A stretch of 59,714 nucleotides of DNA. It comes from Beijerinckiaceae bacterium (GTDB lineage Bacteria; Pseudomonadota; Alphaproteobacteria; Rhizobiales; Beijerinckiaceae). The translations under genes and the position numbers were made by a program. Numbering within the stretch: the stretch's first letter is position 1; each line of letters starts with the position of its first letter. The stretch spans positions 1 through 59,714 of the forward strand of contig DAIOVR010000002.1 in NCBI GenBank assembly GCA_036758905.1, written 5' to 3'. The notes beneath the pieces were generated by a model. It did no database searches, was not told the origin of the DNA, and saw only the letters and a program-made list of their open reading frames with translations. Of this stretch, positions 59,506 through 59,714 are shown one piece after another.

Positions 59506-59714
59506 ATGCTATTCACAATCCCTTTCCGTTCATGGACTGGCAAAGCCGCATTTGAGGTCGAGATCGCCGACGATGTTGAACCGCGCTTTCAAATGCGCGC
59601 TGCCTTGTCGGTTGTGATCGGCAAAGCCAAAGAAAAGGGCGAACGTGCCAATCTCAGCCGTGCCGATCTCAGCGGTGCCGATCTCAGCGGTGCCTATCTC
59701 AGCGGTGCCGATCT
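59506..59714 (+). CDS. Pentapeptide-repeat protein, N-terminal part (runs off the window end, continues at 2..298)
   Basis: ATG 59506. ...ERANLSRADLSGADLSGAYLSGAD, with no stop before the window end. Confidence 0.7.
   Translation, partial: MLFTIPFRSWTGKAAFEVEIADDVEPRFQMRAALSVVIGKAKEKGERANLSRADLSGADLSGAYLSGAD
59679..59714 (+). repeat. Terminal 36-nt identity with positions 1-36 (circular closure)
   Basis: CGATCTCAGCGGTGCCTATCTCAGCGGTGCCGATCT occurs at both window ends, in the same reading phase. Confidence 0.8.

Overview
The window is an essentially complete, circularly closing genome of a temperate podovirus-like phage. The last 36 nt equal the first 36 nt, giving a unit length of about 59,678 bp. 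GcrA-like and GapR-like genes point to an alphaproteobacterial host.

Layout:
- Plus-strand early operon. It starts at a near-consensus promoter (~58.85 kb), wraps across the window ends and runs to ~7.0 kb. It encodes a pentapeptide-repeat protein, a recombination module (PD-(D/E)XK exonuclease, Sak4-like ATPase, SSB), a DUF968/HNH-like protein, DUF551, MazG, Xis and a tyrosine integrase. It ends at an attP that carries a 45-nt tRNA 3' fragment.
- Accessory region, 7.1-12.9 kb. It holds a T5orf172 gene and an A+T-rich small-ORF operon headed by a serine recombinase that lacks its nucleophile Ser. It also holds five small genes with a conserved junction motif, a GT61 glycosyltransferase and a secreted protein.
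- Minus strand, 57.7 kb down to 12.9 kb. In order: Cro-like, HTH, GapR-like, RusA, C5-MTase, SNF2 helicase, beta-class MTase, DnaA-domain-IV-like, DUF1376, GcrA-like and TerS. Next come TerL split by an HNH endonuclease, the portal, and an enzyme island (two-domain glycosyltransferase, metallophosphoesterase, HExxH protein). The virion genes follow: scaffold, major capsid, decoration protein, small charged proteins, adaptor and nozzle, gp13-16-like internal virion proteins and the tail spike and fibres. A lysis cassette closes the strand.
- CI-like repressor plus a lipoprotein on the plus strand, 57.8-58.8 kb.

No rRNA, complete tRNA, CRISPR array, reverse transcriptase, or phage RNA or DNA polymerase was seen.

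Most notable observations:
1. Two ~1.1-kb overlapping open frames run through the C5-methyltransferase gene.
2. A 10-nt box, TGCGTCGGGT, is repeated upstream of the late transcription units.
3. Sec-type signal peptides sit on five consecutive tail-fibre-module proteins.
4. The large terminase is split by an HNH endonuclease.
5. An uncharacterised NNPGNI domain is shared by the endolysin-position gene and an internal virion protein.

All functional calls rest on motif recognition by eye. No database search was run.
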